Below, piece by piece: positions 53,674-62,680 of a DNA stretch of 64,000 bases. Position 1 is the stretch's first letter, and each line of letters begins with the position of its first letter. The DNA comes from Candidatus Cloacimonadales bacterium (lineage in GTDB: Bacteria > Cloacimonadota > Cloacimonadia > Cloacimonadales > JAIOQZ01). Position numbers and translations under genes: made by a program. Below the pieces are notes generated by a model. It was not told where the DNA came from, ran no database searches, and saw only the letters and a program-made list of their open reading frames with translations. Location of the stretch: NCBI GenBank assembly GCA_963674825.1, contig OY771587.1, positions 3,136,001 through 3,200,000 on the forward strand. The letters run 5' to 3'.

Positions 53674-56559
53674 CTATTTCAACAGCAATGCCTTGCTTCT
53701 GTAATTCCTGACATCAATCTTCAGATTCAACAAGTAGACACCGCTTGATACCGCTTTTTGTCTGCGATCCCTGCCATCCCATTCGATACGGTGATCGCCT
53801 GCATTCATCTGTTCATCGCATAGTGTTGTGATCAACTGGCCTCTGATGTTGTAAACGCTCAACACGACGTGTGAATTAGTGGGCAGCGAGAATCGCACGG
53901 ATGTCTCCGGATTGAACGGGTTGGGCGATACGCTCAGACCTGGATCCCAAATAGGCGTCAGGTCGCTTTCATCGCAGCCTGTTGCGTGGTAGTCAAGATA
54001 TTGGATATATTGTTGAGCATTGTTATTATCGCCACGGTAGTCCTTCCAGGTAAGGAAATAGCGCCTGTTAGTGGAGCGGATGATGTTAAGTTCCGATTGC
54101 TCACCGGGTAGATTGCATACAGTGAGTTCGTTTTCCCATAAATTGCCATTGTAATTCACGTGCTGTAACATCAAATCCCCTTCTTCGCCGTATGAGCATC
54201 CCACGAGATATCCATCAGGTGTGGGAACGACATCCTCCAACCTGATATCCGATTTCACGATGGTGAGTGGCGAATCCCAAATCGGTTCGCCGTGCATAGT
54301 GAAGGATTGAATATACACTTCGTCGAAAGTACGCCAGAAGACATAGAGGTTCTTGCCGTTGATCTCCAGCATTGGTGTGAATATGTTACTTGTGGTCACG
54401 AGTGGATCACCGTCGAACCATCGCATGGAACCGTCGCGGCCTACAACCTGTAATCGAATGCTTTTATCGCCATTTTCATACATGAGCCAGACAAGAACCA
54501 AGCCATCTTCTGTGTTGATTACGTTCCAGAAGGTGTTCAATCCGATAACCCGCGTCACCAAATGGCCTTTTATATCCCAACCTTCACAGGGTGAGCCGTC
54601 CTGCGCTAATCGCAACGCGCGGAAGCCGTTTTCTGCCCATAGGATATAATCGTCCTCGATCGCAACGAGAAGGGGGTGTTCGGTGATAGCTCCGCCGATC
54701 GTTATCGGCTCTTGCCAGAACAACTCACCATCTATGATCTTCTGAAACTTGATCCGCGATTGCTCGCCATCATCGAAATCCCAGCCTACTTCGATTACTC
54801 CCTGGTAAAGCTGCGTCGATAAATTTCTGATGGGCGTGATTTCGCTTGAAGTCCCCTGATCCAGTACAATATCGTTGCTCCATATCCGGGAGCAATTGGC
54901 GTTAAACCGGTTCGCGAGCAGTTGGTATTGCCCATCGATTTCATTTATCCAGAAAATGATGAAATCATCCTGAATGGGGAAGATGTCCAGCACAGGATCG
55001 ATTAAATTCAGTTCTTTCAATAACGGTTTCTCGTATGGTTGAGCGGAGATTTCGCCGTTGCTGTCGATCGATTGCATATAGAATACATCTTTCTCGCTGG
55101 AATACCATGTGAAAAAGAGGTTGTCTGTTGCCGTGTCCTCTCGCTCAGCAAAGGTCATAGAAGACATGACATCGTCGATCCCACTGTAGTAGGTTATGCT
55201 CTCGTCGTCGAACAGAGCGATACCGTTGGATAAGAACATCTGCCGGTTGAATGCGTAGTTGACATCGCTGGTATCCGACCAGAGCAGAAGATTATTGTTA
55301 TTGCTGATCACGTGGCATGGCCAGGACATGTTTCCGCATCCTTCTGCGACGACAACACCATGGTCACCCCAAAGCGCATTTCCGTTCATGTTATATTTCT
55401 GGAGACGCAGGCTATAGTTATCCAATGCATAAGTGTATTCAGCCCAGCTTTGATACAAGCTACCATCAATACCTAACTGCAGGGTCATACGGGCAATCGA
55501 GCAACGAATACCGCATGAATGGAGTTGGTTATCCCAGCATAGTTGGTTTGCAGAATCAATCTTCTGAGCATTCACATTGTCATAATCTTTGAAGGAACTT
55601 GACCAGCCGATATAGACATTTCCTGAAGCATCACTGATAAAATCATTAGCTCCGAAGTAGCTATAGCTTTGTCCGATATGCGCAGGCTCGATTGGAAGAA
55701 GATTACCGTCGATGTCCATGCGATACAGGTCGAATCCATAGCCGTAGAGCTTTGATTTCAGTAAAGCAAACTGATCGGTTCCGGCGGGGATAATCTCGAT
55801 TCCTGCGTTTTCGCCCAGTTCCATGATTTCCACGATACCGTTTTCACCCCAGGGCATGGATCCATCCGGCAGGATGCGTTGCCCGATGAGGTTGTGATCG
55901 TCACCGAGGTAGCCACAGGCGATGACGCCTCCCTGGCAATCTGAGCAGGCTGATATCCCATAGGCAAGATCTGGATCTGAGTTGAAAAGCTCGATTGATT
56001 CAGAATCCCAGAGGAGTTCACCATTTGATCCGATACGAAAGAGATTGTATGATGCGTCTGGGTAATCCAGCGAGCCAATAATCAGATATATACCGCCCTC
56101 TTGATCTGGAACAATCGTGTAATTCATGATTGTATTTACTAAAGCACATTGCAGAGCAAGTGGTTCCGTCCATAACGGGATGCCATTAAGATCGATCTTA
56201 TTCAACATGATGGTATCGGAATTGTAATCTCCGTAATAGGCAGAAACGATCATATTACCATCACAGGTACAGTCAAGCCTTGGCCCCCTGAGCGGGAGAT
56301 CGGTATCGAATATCATTTGTGGCTCAGGCCACATCTCATCACCGTATTCATCGAAACGCATTGCCCAGACATCCATGCTCGAATTGGTTATTTCTGTCCA
56401 GCAGGTGATCGTCGATCCATCGTCACTTTGTGCGGAATATCCAGAATATTGAAAGTCCTTTTCGTTAGCGAGCGGAATCCCGTTTTCCTGCCAGAGGTAT
56501 GGCTGTGCAGAAAGCACGCTGAAGAACAGAAGCAATAGAAACAATTGCATTTTTCGCAT
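53674..56559 (-). CDS. Secreted ~960-aa beta-repeat protein with FlgD-Ig/T9SS-like C-terminal domain (paralog A)
   Basis: Signal peptide; repeats of D..GG....W...QR...DG...W; SPNPFNPET...SSGVYL...KALLLK. Confidence 0.82.
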   Translation of the reverse strand: MRKMQLFLLLLFFSVLSAQPYLWQENGIPLANEKDFQYSGYSAQSDDGSTITCWTEITNSSMDVWAMRFDEYGDEMWPEPQMIFDTDLPLRGPRLDCTCDGNMIVSAYYGDYNSDTIMLNKIDLNGIPLWTEPLALQCALVNTIMNYTIVPDQEGGIYLIIGSLDYPDASYNLFRIGSNGELLWDSESIELFNSDPDLAYGISACSDCQGGVIACGYLGDDHNLIGQRILPDGSMPWGENGIVEIMELGENAGIEIIPAGTDQFALLKSKLYGYGFDLYRMDIDGNLLPIEPAHIGQSYSYFGANDFISDASGNVYIGWSSSFKDYDNVNAQKIDSANQLCWDNQLHSCGIRCSIARMTLQLGIDGSLYQSWAEYTYALDNYSLRLQKYNMNGNALWGDHGVVVAEGCGNMSWPCHVISNNNNLLLWSDTSDVNYAFNRQMFLSNGIALFDDESITYYSGIDDVMSSMTFAEREDTATDNLFFTWYSSEKDVFYMQSIDSNGEISAQPYEKPLLKELNLIDPVLDIFPIQDDFIIFWINEIDGQYQLLANRFNANCSRIWSNDIVLDQGTSSEITPIRNLSTQLYQGVIEVGWDFDDGEQSRIKFQKIIDGELFWQEPITIGGAITEHPLLVAIEDDYILWAENGFRALRLAQDGSPCEGWDIKGHLVTRVIGLNTFWNVINTEDGLVLVWLMYENGDKSIRLQVVGRDGSMRWFDGDPLVTTSNIFTPMLEINGKNLYVFWRTFDEVYIQSFTMHGEPIWDSPLTIVKSDIRLEDVVPTPDGYLVGCSYGEEGDLMLQHVNYNGNLWENELTVCNLPGEQSELNIIRSTNRRYFLTWKDYRGDNNNAQQYIQYLDYHATGCDESDLTPIWDPGLSVSPNPFNPETSVRFSLPTNSHVVLSVYNIRGQLITTLCDEQMNAGDHRIEWDGRDRRQKAVSSGVYLLNLKIDVRNYRSKALLLK

Positions 56560-56568
56560 CGGACTTCC

Positions 56569-59442
56569 TTATTTCAATAGAAGCGTCTTGTGGTGGTAGT
56601 CTTTACCTTCGATATTCAGATTTATCAGATAGACACCGCTTGATACCGCTTTCTGTCTGCGATCCCTGCCATCCCATTCGATACGGTGATCGCCTGCATT
56701 CATCTGTTCATCGCATAGTGTATTGACCAACTGGCCTCTGATGTTGTAAACGTTCAGCTTTACACTCGATTTTACAGGTAGCGAGAACCTGATTGACGTC
56801 TCGGGATTGAACGGGTTGGGCGATACACTCAGTCCTGGATTCCAAACAGGCGTAAGGTCGCTTTCGTCGCAGTCGGTGGCGTAGTAGTCCAAATATTGCA
56901 CATAGAGATCGTCATACGAGAAATAATTACGCTGATCGCTCCAGACAATGAAGTAGCCGCCGTTTGTCGAGCGGATGATGTTCAAGTCTGCTTTCTCCTG
57001 TGGCACATTGCATGGGTATAGATTCGCAGACCACAGGTTACCGTTGTAATCGATGTGCTGCAAGAAGATATCGGCGCAATCGCTTTCATTCATATAACTG
57101 CATCCGATCAAATACCCGTCAGGGGTAGCGGTGACATCTTCGAGTTTAATTTGCGATTCGCTAATATCTACGGGTTCATTCCAAAGCGGTTCGCCGTGCA
57201 GCGTGAATGCCTGCACTTGCAGTTTTCCCTGGGTGCGCCAAAATACGTAGGCGTCTTTGCTGTTGATCTTCAGTATTGGAGTGTAGAGTTGGTTCTGGTC
57301 AATGATGGGGTCACCATCGAACCAGCGAAGCCTGCCGTCGGGACTCACAACCTGAAGCCGGATGGTTCTGTCACCATTATAGCGCATGAGCCATAAGATT
57401 GCCAACCCATCCTCGGTGTTGACCGCGTTCCACTCGGAATTTGTCTCTTCGACGGTAGTCACCAGCAATCCTTCAGTGTCCCATCCGGGATAGGGGGTGC
57501 CGTTATCCTGGATTCTCAGGACGCGTGGTCCGTTTTCTTCCCATAGGATGTATTCGTCCTCGATGCAGAGCAGTTCGCTGTTGCTGGAGAGTGTGCCGCC
57601 AATATCGATCGGGTCGTCCCATGCGGGTTCGTCGTTGACGAGCATGAGCATCTTGATCTGATCGACGTTGTTGGAATGAGCAGTCCAGGCGATAATAAGT
57701 TTACTCCCATCCTGCTTCGCCAGTACGTTGTTAAACGAACCTTCACTCTGGCCAACACCATCCAGGAAAAGATCGTTAGGCCACTGGCGTTGCCCGTTCT
57801 GGTCAAAACGATTCGCACGCAGTTGCGTCTGAGCGCTTGTCATATAGGTCCAGACAATAATCGTATCGTCCTGCAAGGGGAGCATCGTTTTTACTTGATT
57901 CGAATTCGAGAAATCTTCGTGGATCACCTGCCCATACGGCAGGACTGAGAAATTACCATCGCTATCGATTGACTGCATGTTGAGCGTGAAGTCATTGTAA
58001 GCCCACCAGGTATAGTATAGTCTCTCTACTGCGTAATCCTCGCGTTCGGCCACCGTGTACTCATGCGTGTAGCCATCGAAACAGCTAAAAAGCACCATGC
58101 CCTCGTCATCGTATTGAAGCGCACCGCTGCAAGTGACCCGTTGCCGCTGGATGGATGATATAACCCCTCGCTGATCCTGCCACACAAGCACAAGATTGTC
58201 GTCGATGTATTGTAAGCACGTGTAGCTGATATCGTCCATGCCATCGCTGATCTCGAGACCTTCCGTTCCCCATAACGGTTCTCCTTCCGAATTGAATTTC
58301 AACAGGCTCATTTTTACGTCGTAATTGTCGAAGTAAAACCACGACTGATAGATATTTCCTTCGTCGTCGAAGACAACACTGGGCCGAGCATAGTATCCTG
58401 AATCATCGGTAACAGTATGGCTGTAGTACCAGCATGACAGGCAATCCTGATCGAACTTTTCCATGTGGATAGCAGGATGTCCATCGTCACGGCTCGACCA
58501 GACAAAGTAAGTATTTCCTTCCTCATCGGAGACGAGCTTATTCCAGCCATAAGTGTTGAAATCCCCTCCAGAGGCGACAGGATCACCGCACAGATTGCCG
58601 TCGATATCCAATCGCTGAATAAATAGGTTGAAATTGTCTGTATCGCAGCTGATCGTCGTGAAATGCCCATCCCCGGTAGGTACGATGTCCATCACGTCCG
58701 TGTTGTCTCTGTTTCCAATATAGATTACACCGTCATCGTCCCAGGGTGATGATCCGTCCGGCATGATGCGCTGGGCAACAAAGTAATAAGGGCCTATAAT
58801 CGTGCAGGCGATGATACCGCCTTCGCCATCCGCGCAAGTCTGGCATGGTGTCAATGTAAACTCGCCATCGAAGAGGTCAATTCCCCCCGGTTGCCAGAGG
58901 ATCTCACCACCTCCGCTTATTCGCTGAATGGACTGCTGATTGTATTCATATCCCACAGATTTGAACACGAGATAAACGCCATCATTATCGTCTGATATCA
59001 TCTGGAAAAATAACTCGCCGTATTCAAAAGGATTTTCGAGGTCAATTGGTTCGGGCCACAGCGAATCGCCGTTCCAATCGATCTTGCTCATGGTCATCGT
59101 TCGTTCAACAGCGTCGTATTCTAATGCGGCAATTACCAGATTTCCATCATTAATCTGCACGATCTGTGGACCTGATAGAGAATAGACCGAGTCGAGAATC
59201 TTACGCGGACTGTCCCAAATAGGTTCGCCAAGTTCGTCCATATACATAGCCCAGATGTCATGGCTTGCGTCGATGGTTTCACACCAATAAATGAGGAATG
59301 TGCCGTCACCTCGTTGGACGGAGTCTCCAATATAATACAGATTATGATTGAAGCTGAGGCTGATGCCATTATCCTGCCACAAGAAAGGTTCTGCGAAAAG
59401 CGTGCTGATTGACAGTGCCAGAAGCGAGATTAGTGTTCTCAT
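56569..59442 (-). CDS. Secreted ~960-aa beta-repeat protein with FlgD-Ig/T9SS-like C-terminal domain (paralog B)
   Basis: Colinear with paralog A (LWQ.NGI.L start, RWFDGDP, PNPFNPET). Confidence 0.82.
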   Translation of the reverse strand: MRTLISLLALSISTLFAEPFLWQDNGISLSFNHNLYYIGDSVQRGDGTFLIYWCETIDASHDIWAMYMDELGEPIWDSPRKILDSVYSLSGPQIVQINDGNLVIAALEYDAVERTMTMSKIDWNGDSLWPEPIDLENPFEYGELFFQMISDDNDGVYLVFKSVGYEYNQQSIQRISGGGEILWQPGGIDLFDGEFTLTPCQTCADGEGGIIACTIIGPYYFVAQRIMPDGSSPWDDDGVIYIGNRDNTDVMDIVPTGDGHFTTISCDTDNFNLFIQRLDIDGNLCGDPVASGGDFNTYGWNKLVSDEEGNTYFVWSSRDDGHPAIHMEKFDQDCLSCWYYSHTVTDDSGYYARPSVVFDDEGNIYQSWFYFDNYDVKMSLLKFNSEGEPLWGTEGLEISDGMDDISYTCLQYIDDNLVLVWQDQRGVISSIQRQRVTCSGALQYDDEGMVLFSCFDGYTHEYTVAEREDYAVERLYYTWWAYNDFTLNMQSIDSDGNFSVLPYGQVIHEDFSNSNQVKTMLPLQDDTIIVWTYMTSAQTQLRANRFDQNGQRQWPNDLFLDGVGQSEGSFNNVLAKQDGSKLIIAWTAHSNNVDQIKMLMLVNDEPAWDDPIDIGGTLSSNSELLCIEDEYILWEENGPRVLRIQDNGTPYPGWDTEGLLVTTVEETNSEWNAVNTEDGLAILWLMRYNGDRTIRLQVVSPDGRLRWFDGDPIIDQNQLYTPILKINSKDAYVFWRTQGKLQVQAFTLHGEPLWNEPVDISESQIKLEDVTATPDGYLIGCSYMNESDCADIFLQHIDYNGNLWSANLYPCNVPQEKADLNIIRSTNGGYFIVWSDQRNYFSYDDLYVQYLDYYATDCDESDLTPVWNPGLSVSPNPFNPETSIRFSLPVKSSVKLNVYNIRGQLVNTLCDEQMNAGDHRIEWDGRDRRQKAVSSGVYLINLNIEGKDYHHKTLLLK

Positions 59443-59503
59443 AATATCCCTCCATAAGCATTGCCGGAAACAAATAGAAGAATTACCCTACCAAACAATG
59501 GTC

Positions 59504-59556
59504 ATAATACAACGATACTCTCCTGCTGTCAATAAAACTTACAGGAGAGTATCGTT
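59504..59556 (-). promoter_or_regulatory. Sigma-70 promoter overlapped by a 15-bp perfect inverted repeat
   Basis: Minus strand TTGACA(59532-59527)-17 bp-TATTAT; IR AACGATACTCTCCTG (59511-59525) / CAGGAGAGTATCGTT (59542-59556). Confidence 0.65.
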
Positions 59557-59567
59557 AATATTTCTGG

Positions 59568-62438
59568 CTATTTCAGAAGCAGCGCTTTGCTGCGGTAGTT
59601 TTTGCCGTCGATTTTCAGGTTCATCAAGTAAACGCCGCTGGCGACGTTCTTCCGGGTCTTGTCAGTACCGTCCCACTTGATGTGGTGGTCACCGGCAGAA
59701 AGAACTTCGTTGCAGAAGGTCTTAACCAGCTGACCTTTGGTGTTGTATATCTTGAGCTCGACTTTCTGGTCTTGTGCAAGGTTGAATTGCACTGTCGTCT
59801 CAGGATTGAACGGATTCGGATAGGTGATCAGATTCGGATTCCACGAGCTGATCTCTTCGCCACCATCATTGTCGAGGGTATTATACTGGTAAAGTTGGCC
59901 GTAAACGTTGTTGTAGCTATAAACATCCCGGTAATCGTTCCATGTGATGAGATATTTGTTATCAGCAGCCGGTATCATGCTTATATGTTGGCGGTAGCCA
60001 TCGCAATCGCATACAGTTTCAGCTTCATCCCAGGTATTGCCGTTCCAATCGACATGGTTGATCAGTATTTCATTGCCATTATTTGCTTCAGGCCAGTCCG
60101 TATAGGTTATCATGATACCATCGGGTGTACGGGCTATATCCCATGGTGAATCGACAGATGAGCTGATGAGGACCGAGTCATCCCACTGTGGTTCCGCATC
60201 GAGATTGAACTTACCTGCATAAAGGCCGTTGCAGTCCCAGACGAGATATAGCATGCCATCGACCACATCGCCATAGAAATAGTCAACTTGAGTAGTAGGA
60301 ACGAGCGTCTGAGCCTGGTTCCACTTCAAAGTAGCTTCATTGGTAACGATGTTCATCTTGATCGCGAACGGGCTTACTGCATCTCCAAGCCATGCGATGA
60401 GAAGGCCTTCTTCGGTTTCTTCGGCAACGACGCCGTAGAGATAATACGGATCTGCGACAAGAACGCCATCCTGATCCCAACCGTAAGCAGGGTCTCCATC
60501 TTCACCGATTTTCAGAACACGGATATTGTTCGCATCTTCCACGATCAGATAATCATGGTAAAGCCTGACGTATGATATATCAGCGCTCGGATAGAATGTT
60601 GCGGGAATATCCCACGCGAGCTGACCGTTTACGACTTTCTGTCCCTTGACGTAGTAATTGCCATTACCGACAGCTTCTTCCCAGCAAAGGATAAGTTCGT
60701 CGTTATACATTTCGGTGGTCAGATAATACGGCAAGCTATAGGAGCTATCGAACTGCCGAACAAACAGGTCATTAGCCCAGATTCTATTGCCCTGGCTGTC
60801 GAATTGATTCACGTAAAGGTTCTTGAATTCGTCGTAAGCCGTAATCCACACTATGAGATAATCATCACCGTATTTTTCCACTGTGACAATTCTGTTTTGA
60901 TGTACTTCACTTTCGGCGAATTTCAAGCCAGGCGTATCTATCAACAAATTTCCGTCAAGCTGCAGATTTTGCAAGTAGCACCCAAGATCGTAGTAGTTAT
61001 CCCATGCGAAGAAAAATTCATCCACGGGTTCCTGCTCCGAATCAGCGAAGTGGAGATTGGATAACGAAAGATCGTATCCTTCTTCAACGAAACGATCATC
61101 TCCAGTGAAGGTCGGTGTTCCATTACCATCATAGATTTGCTTGTAGATTGATACACTTCCGGTGGAAGCATCCGCCCAGTAAAGTGTAGCACCGTCATCA
61201 CCAACATCCATTACCAGATCGACATAGGTGAGATAATAATCGTCCTGTCCCGATTCTACAGCGCTCCAAACAAGCTGGCCGTCCGTCGTGAGCTTAAGGA
61301 TATGAAGCTGGCCTGTGTAATCGAGAGATGACTGATAGAGATTACCGGCCTGATCCACACCCGATTTGATTTGTTGCGGATATACATCCAGATCATCGTC
61401 CTGGTAGTTGTTTGTCCAGACAACCTCGTTATTCGGTGAAACTTTGATGTTGTGGACGACGATGTCGTCAGATGATCCACTCCAGCTGACAAATACGTTA
61501 TTGTCAGCGTCGTGGGTTATGTTGATTGTGAAACTATAGGGAACGCCGTTTGCCAGTATGGTCGGATTTTCGGTCAGCAGTTCACCGTCCATATTGAGGT
61601 GGTAAAAATAGAGCGATTGTCCTCCGCTATTGTTGTCATCGGCGGCCACTATAACGATCTCGTCATTGTTGCAAAGATGGATGCAGGGTTCTTCATCTGC
61701 GTCCAGCATAACGTATCCGTCATCGCCCCAAGGGGTCGAGCCGTCTGGCAGGATGCGTGAAACGATGGTGTTGCGAGATGAATCCACGTAGATGTTTCCC
61801 ACTGCAATGAAGCCACCGTGTCCGTCTTCGGACAGCGTCTGGTCGCTAATGAGAGATGCATATCCATCGTATACTTCCTGAATTGCGGGATCCCAGGCTG
61901 GAGTACCGTCACCGTTGTACCGTGTGGCATACCATGATCCACTGGTGTCCCAGTTCACATAAACGCCGCCTTCATTGTCGGGAATCAGCTTGATGTTATC
62001 ATACTCGTAGGACACGTCCGTGAGTTCGATGGGGGCATCCCAAAGATGAGTGCCATCCCAGTTGAATTTCGAGAAGCGAATATAGATCGGATAATCTGAC
62101 AGCCCTTCGACCCAGGATATATAAAGCAATCCGTCAGACGAAGTCGAAATTCTGGGATCGATCATTGTGTAATCGCGGTTGAGAAGCAGGCATGGAGCAT
62201 CCCAGGAGTTTTCTCCATCTGCATTTAACAGCATACCGTAGAGGTCATGATTGTCGCCTTTGTTCTCTGTCCAGACAATCATGGTATTACCATTGGAGTC
62301 TTGAGCGCTTCCGCCGTTCCATCTGATGTAATTGCTTTCAATCAGGGGTACTCCATTTGTTTGCCAGAGCGAGGTCGTTTCAGCAGTTAGATAAATGACA
62401 ATAATCAACATTAAACTCATGAGTACGAAGCGTCTCAT
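59568..62438 (-). CDS. Secreted ~960-aa beta-repeat protein with FlgD-Ig/T9SS-like C-terminal domain (paralog C)
   Basis: Start MRRFVL after AGGAGGT; LWQTNGVPL; same repeats; YPNPFNPET...KALLLK. Confidence 0.82.
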   Translation of the reverse strand: MRRFVLMSLMLIIVIYLTAETTSLWQTNGVPLIESNYIRWNGGSAQDSNGNTMIVWTENKGDNHDLYGMLLNADGENSWDAPCLLLNRDYTMIDPRISTSSDGLLYISWVEGLSDYPIYIRFSKFNWDGTHLWDAPIELTDVSYEYDNIKLIPDNEGGVYVNWDTSGSWYATRYNGDGTPAWDPAIQEVYDGYASLISDQTLSEDGHGGFIAVGNIYVDSSRNTIVSRILPDGSTPWGDDGYVMLDADEEPCIHLCNNDEIVIVAADDNNSGGQSLYFYHLNMDGELLTENPTILANGVPYSFTINITHDADNNVFVSWSGSSDDIVVHNIKVSPNNEVVWTNNYQDDDLDVYPQQIKSGVDQAGNLYQSSLDYTGQLHILKLTTDGQLVWSAVESGQDDYYLTYVDLVMDVGDDGATLYWADASTGSVSIYKQIYDGNGTPTFTGDDRFVEEGYDLSLSNLHFADSEQEPVDEFFFAWDNYYDLGCYLQNLQLDGNLLIDTPGLKFAESEVHQNRIVTVEKYGDDYLIVWITAYDEFKNLYVNQFDSQGNRIWANDLFVRQFDSSYSLPYYLTTEMYNDELILCWEEAVGNGNYYVKGQKVVNGQLAWDIPATFYPSADISYVRLYHDYLIVEDANNIRVLKIGEDGDPAYGWDQDGVLVADPYYLYGVVAEETEEGLLIAWLGDAVSPFAIKMNIVTNEATLKWNQAQTLVPTTQVDYFYGDVVDGMLYLVWDCNGLYAGKFNLDAEPQWDDSVLISSSVDSPWDIARTPDGIMITYTDWPEANNGNEILINHVDWNGNTWDEAETVCDCDGYRQHISMIPAADNKYLITWNDYRDVYSYNNVYGQLYQYNTLDNDGGEEISSWNPNLITYPNPFNPETTVQFNLAQDQKVELKIYNTKGQLVKTFCNEVLSAGDHHIKWDGTDKTRKNVASGVYLMNLKIDGKNYRSKALLLK

Positions 62439-62498
62439 TACTACCTCCTGTTTCTTGATGTAATCGTTGATAGGATAATTCCATAATTTCATCAATAA

Positions 62499-62514
62499 TG
62501 CAATTTCTATTCCT
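62499..62514 (-). promoter_or_regulatory. Possible sigma-54 promoter of paralog C
   Basis: Minus strand aGGAATAgaaaTTGCA, GG-N10-GC, 60 bp before the ATG. Confidence 0.45.
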
Positions 62515-62680
62515 TAACCTTACGAGATAAGCGCATTTTTAAAATTGTCTGGAAATTGCGGTATAACAGGACAAAACGGCAAAGATCGAATGCGATGGAC
62601 GATATAAAAAATTTGTTGAATATTATTCAGGCGAGAAAAATGCACACGTTGTTAACAAGAAATGATGGCTGTTTACAGGT

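Noticed and set aside
53735..56752. Possible diversity-generating retroelement TR/VR pair
   Set aside because: Both copies are coding, only four mismatches exist and they lie in a conserved sorting domain, and no reverse transcriptase is in the window.
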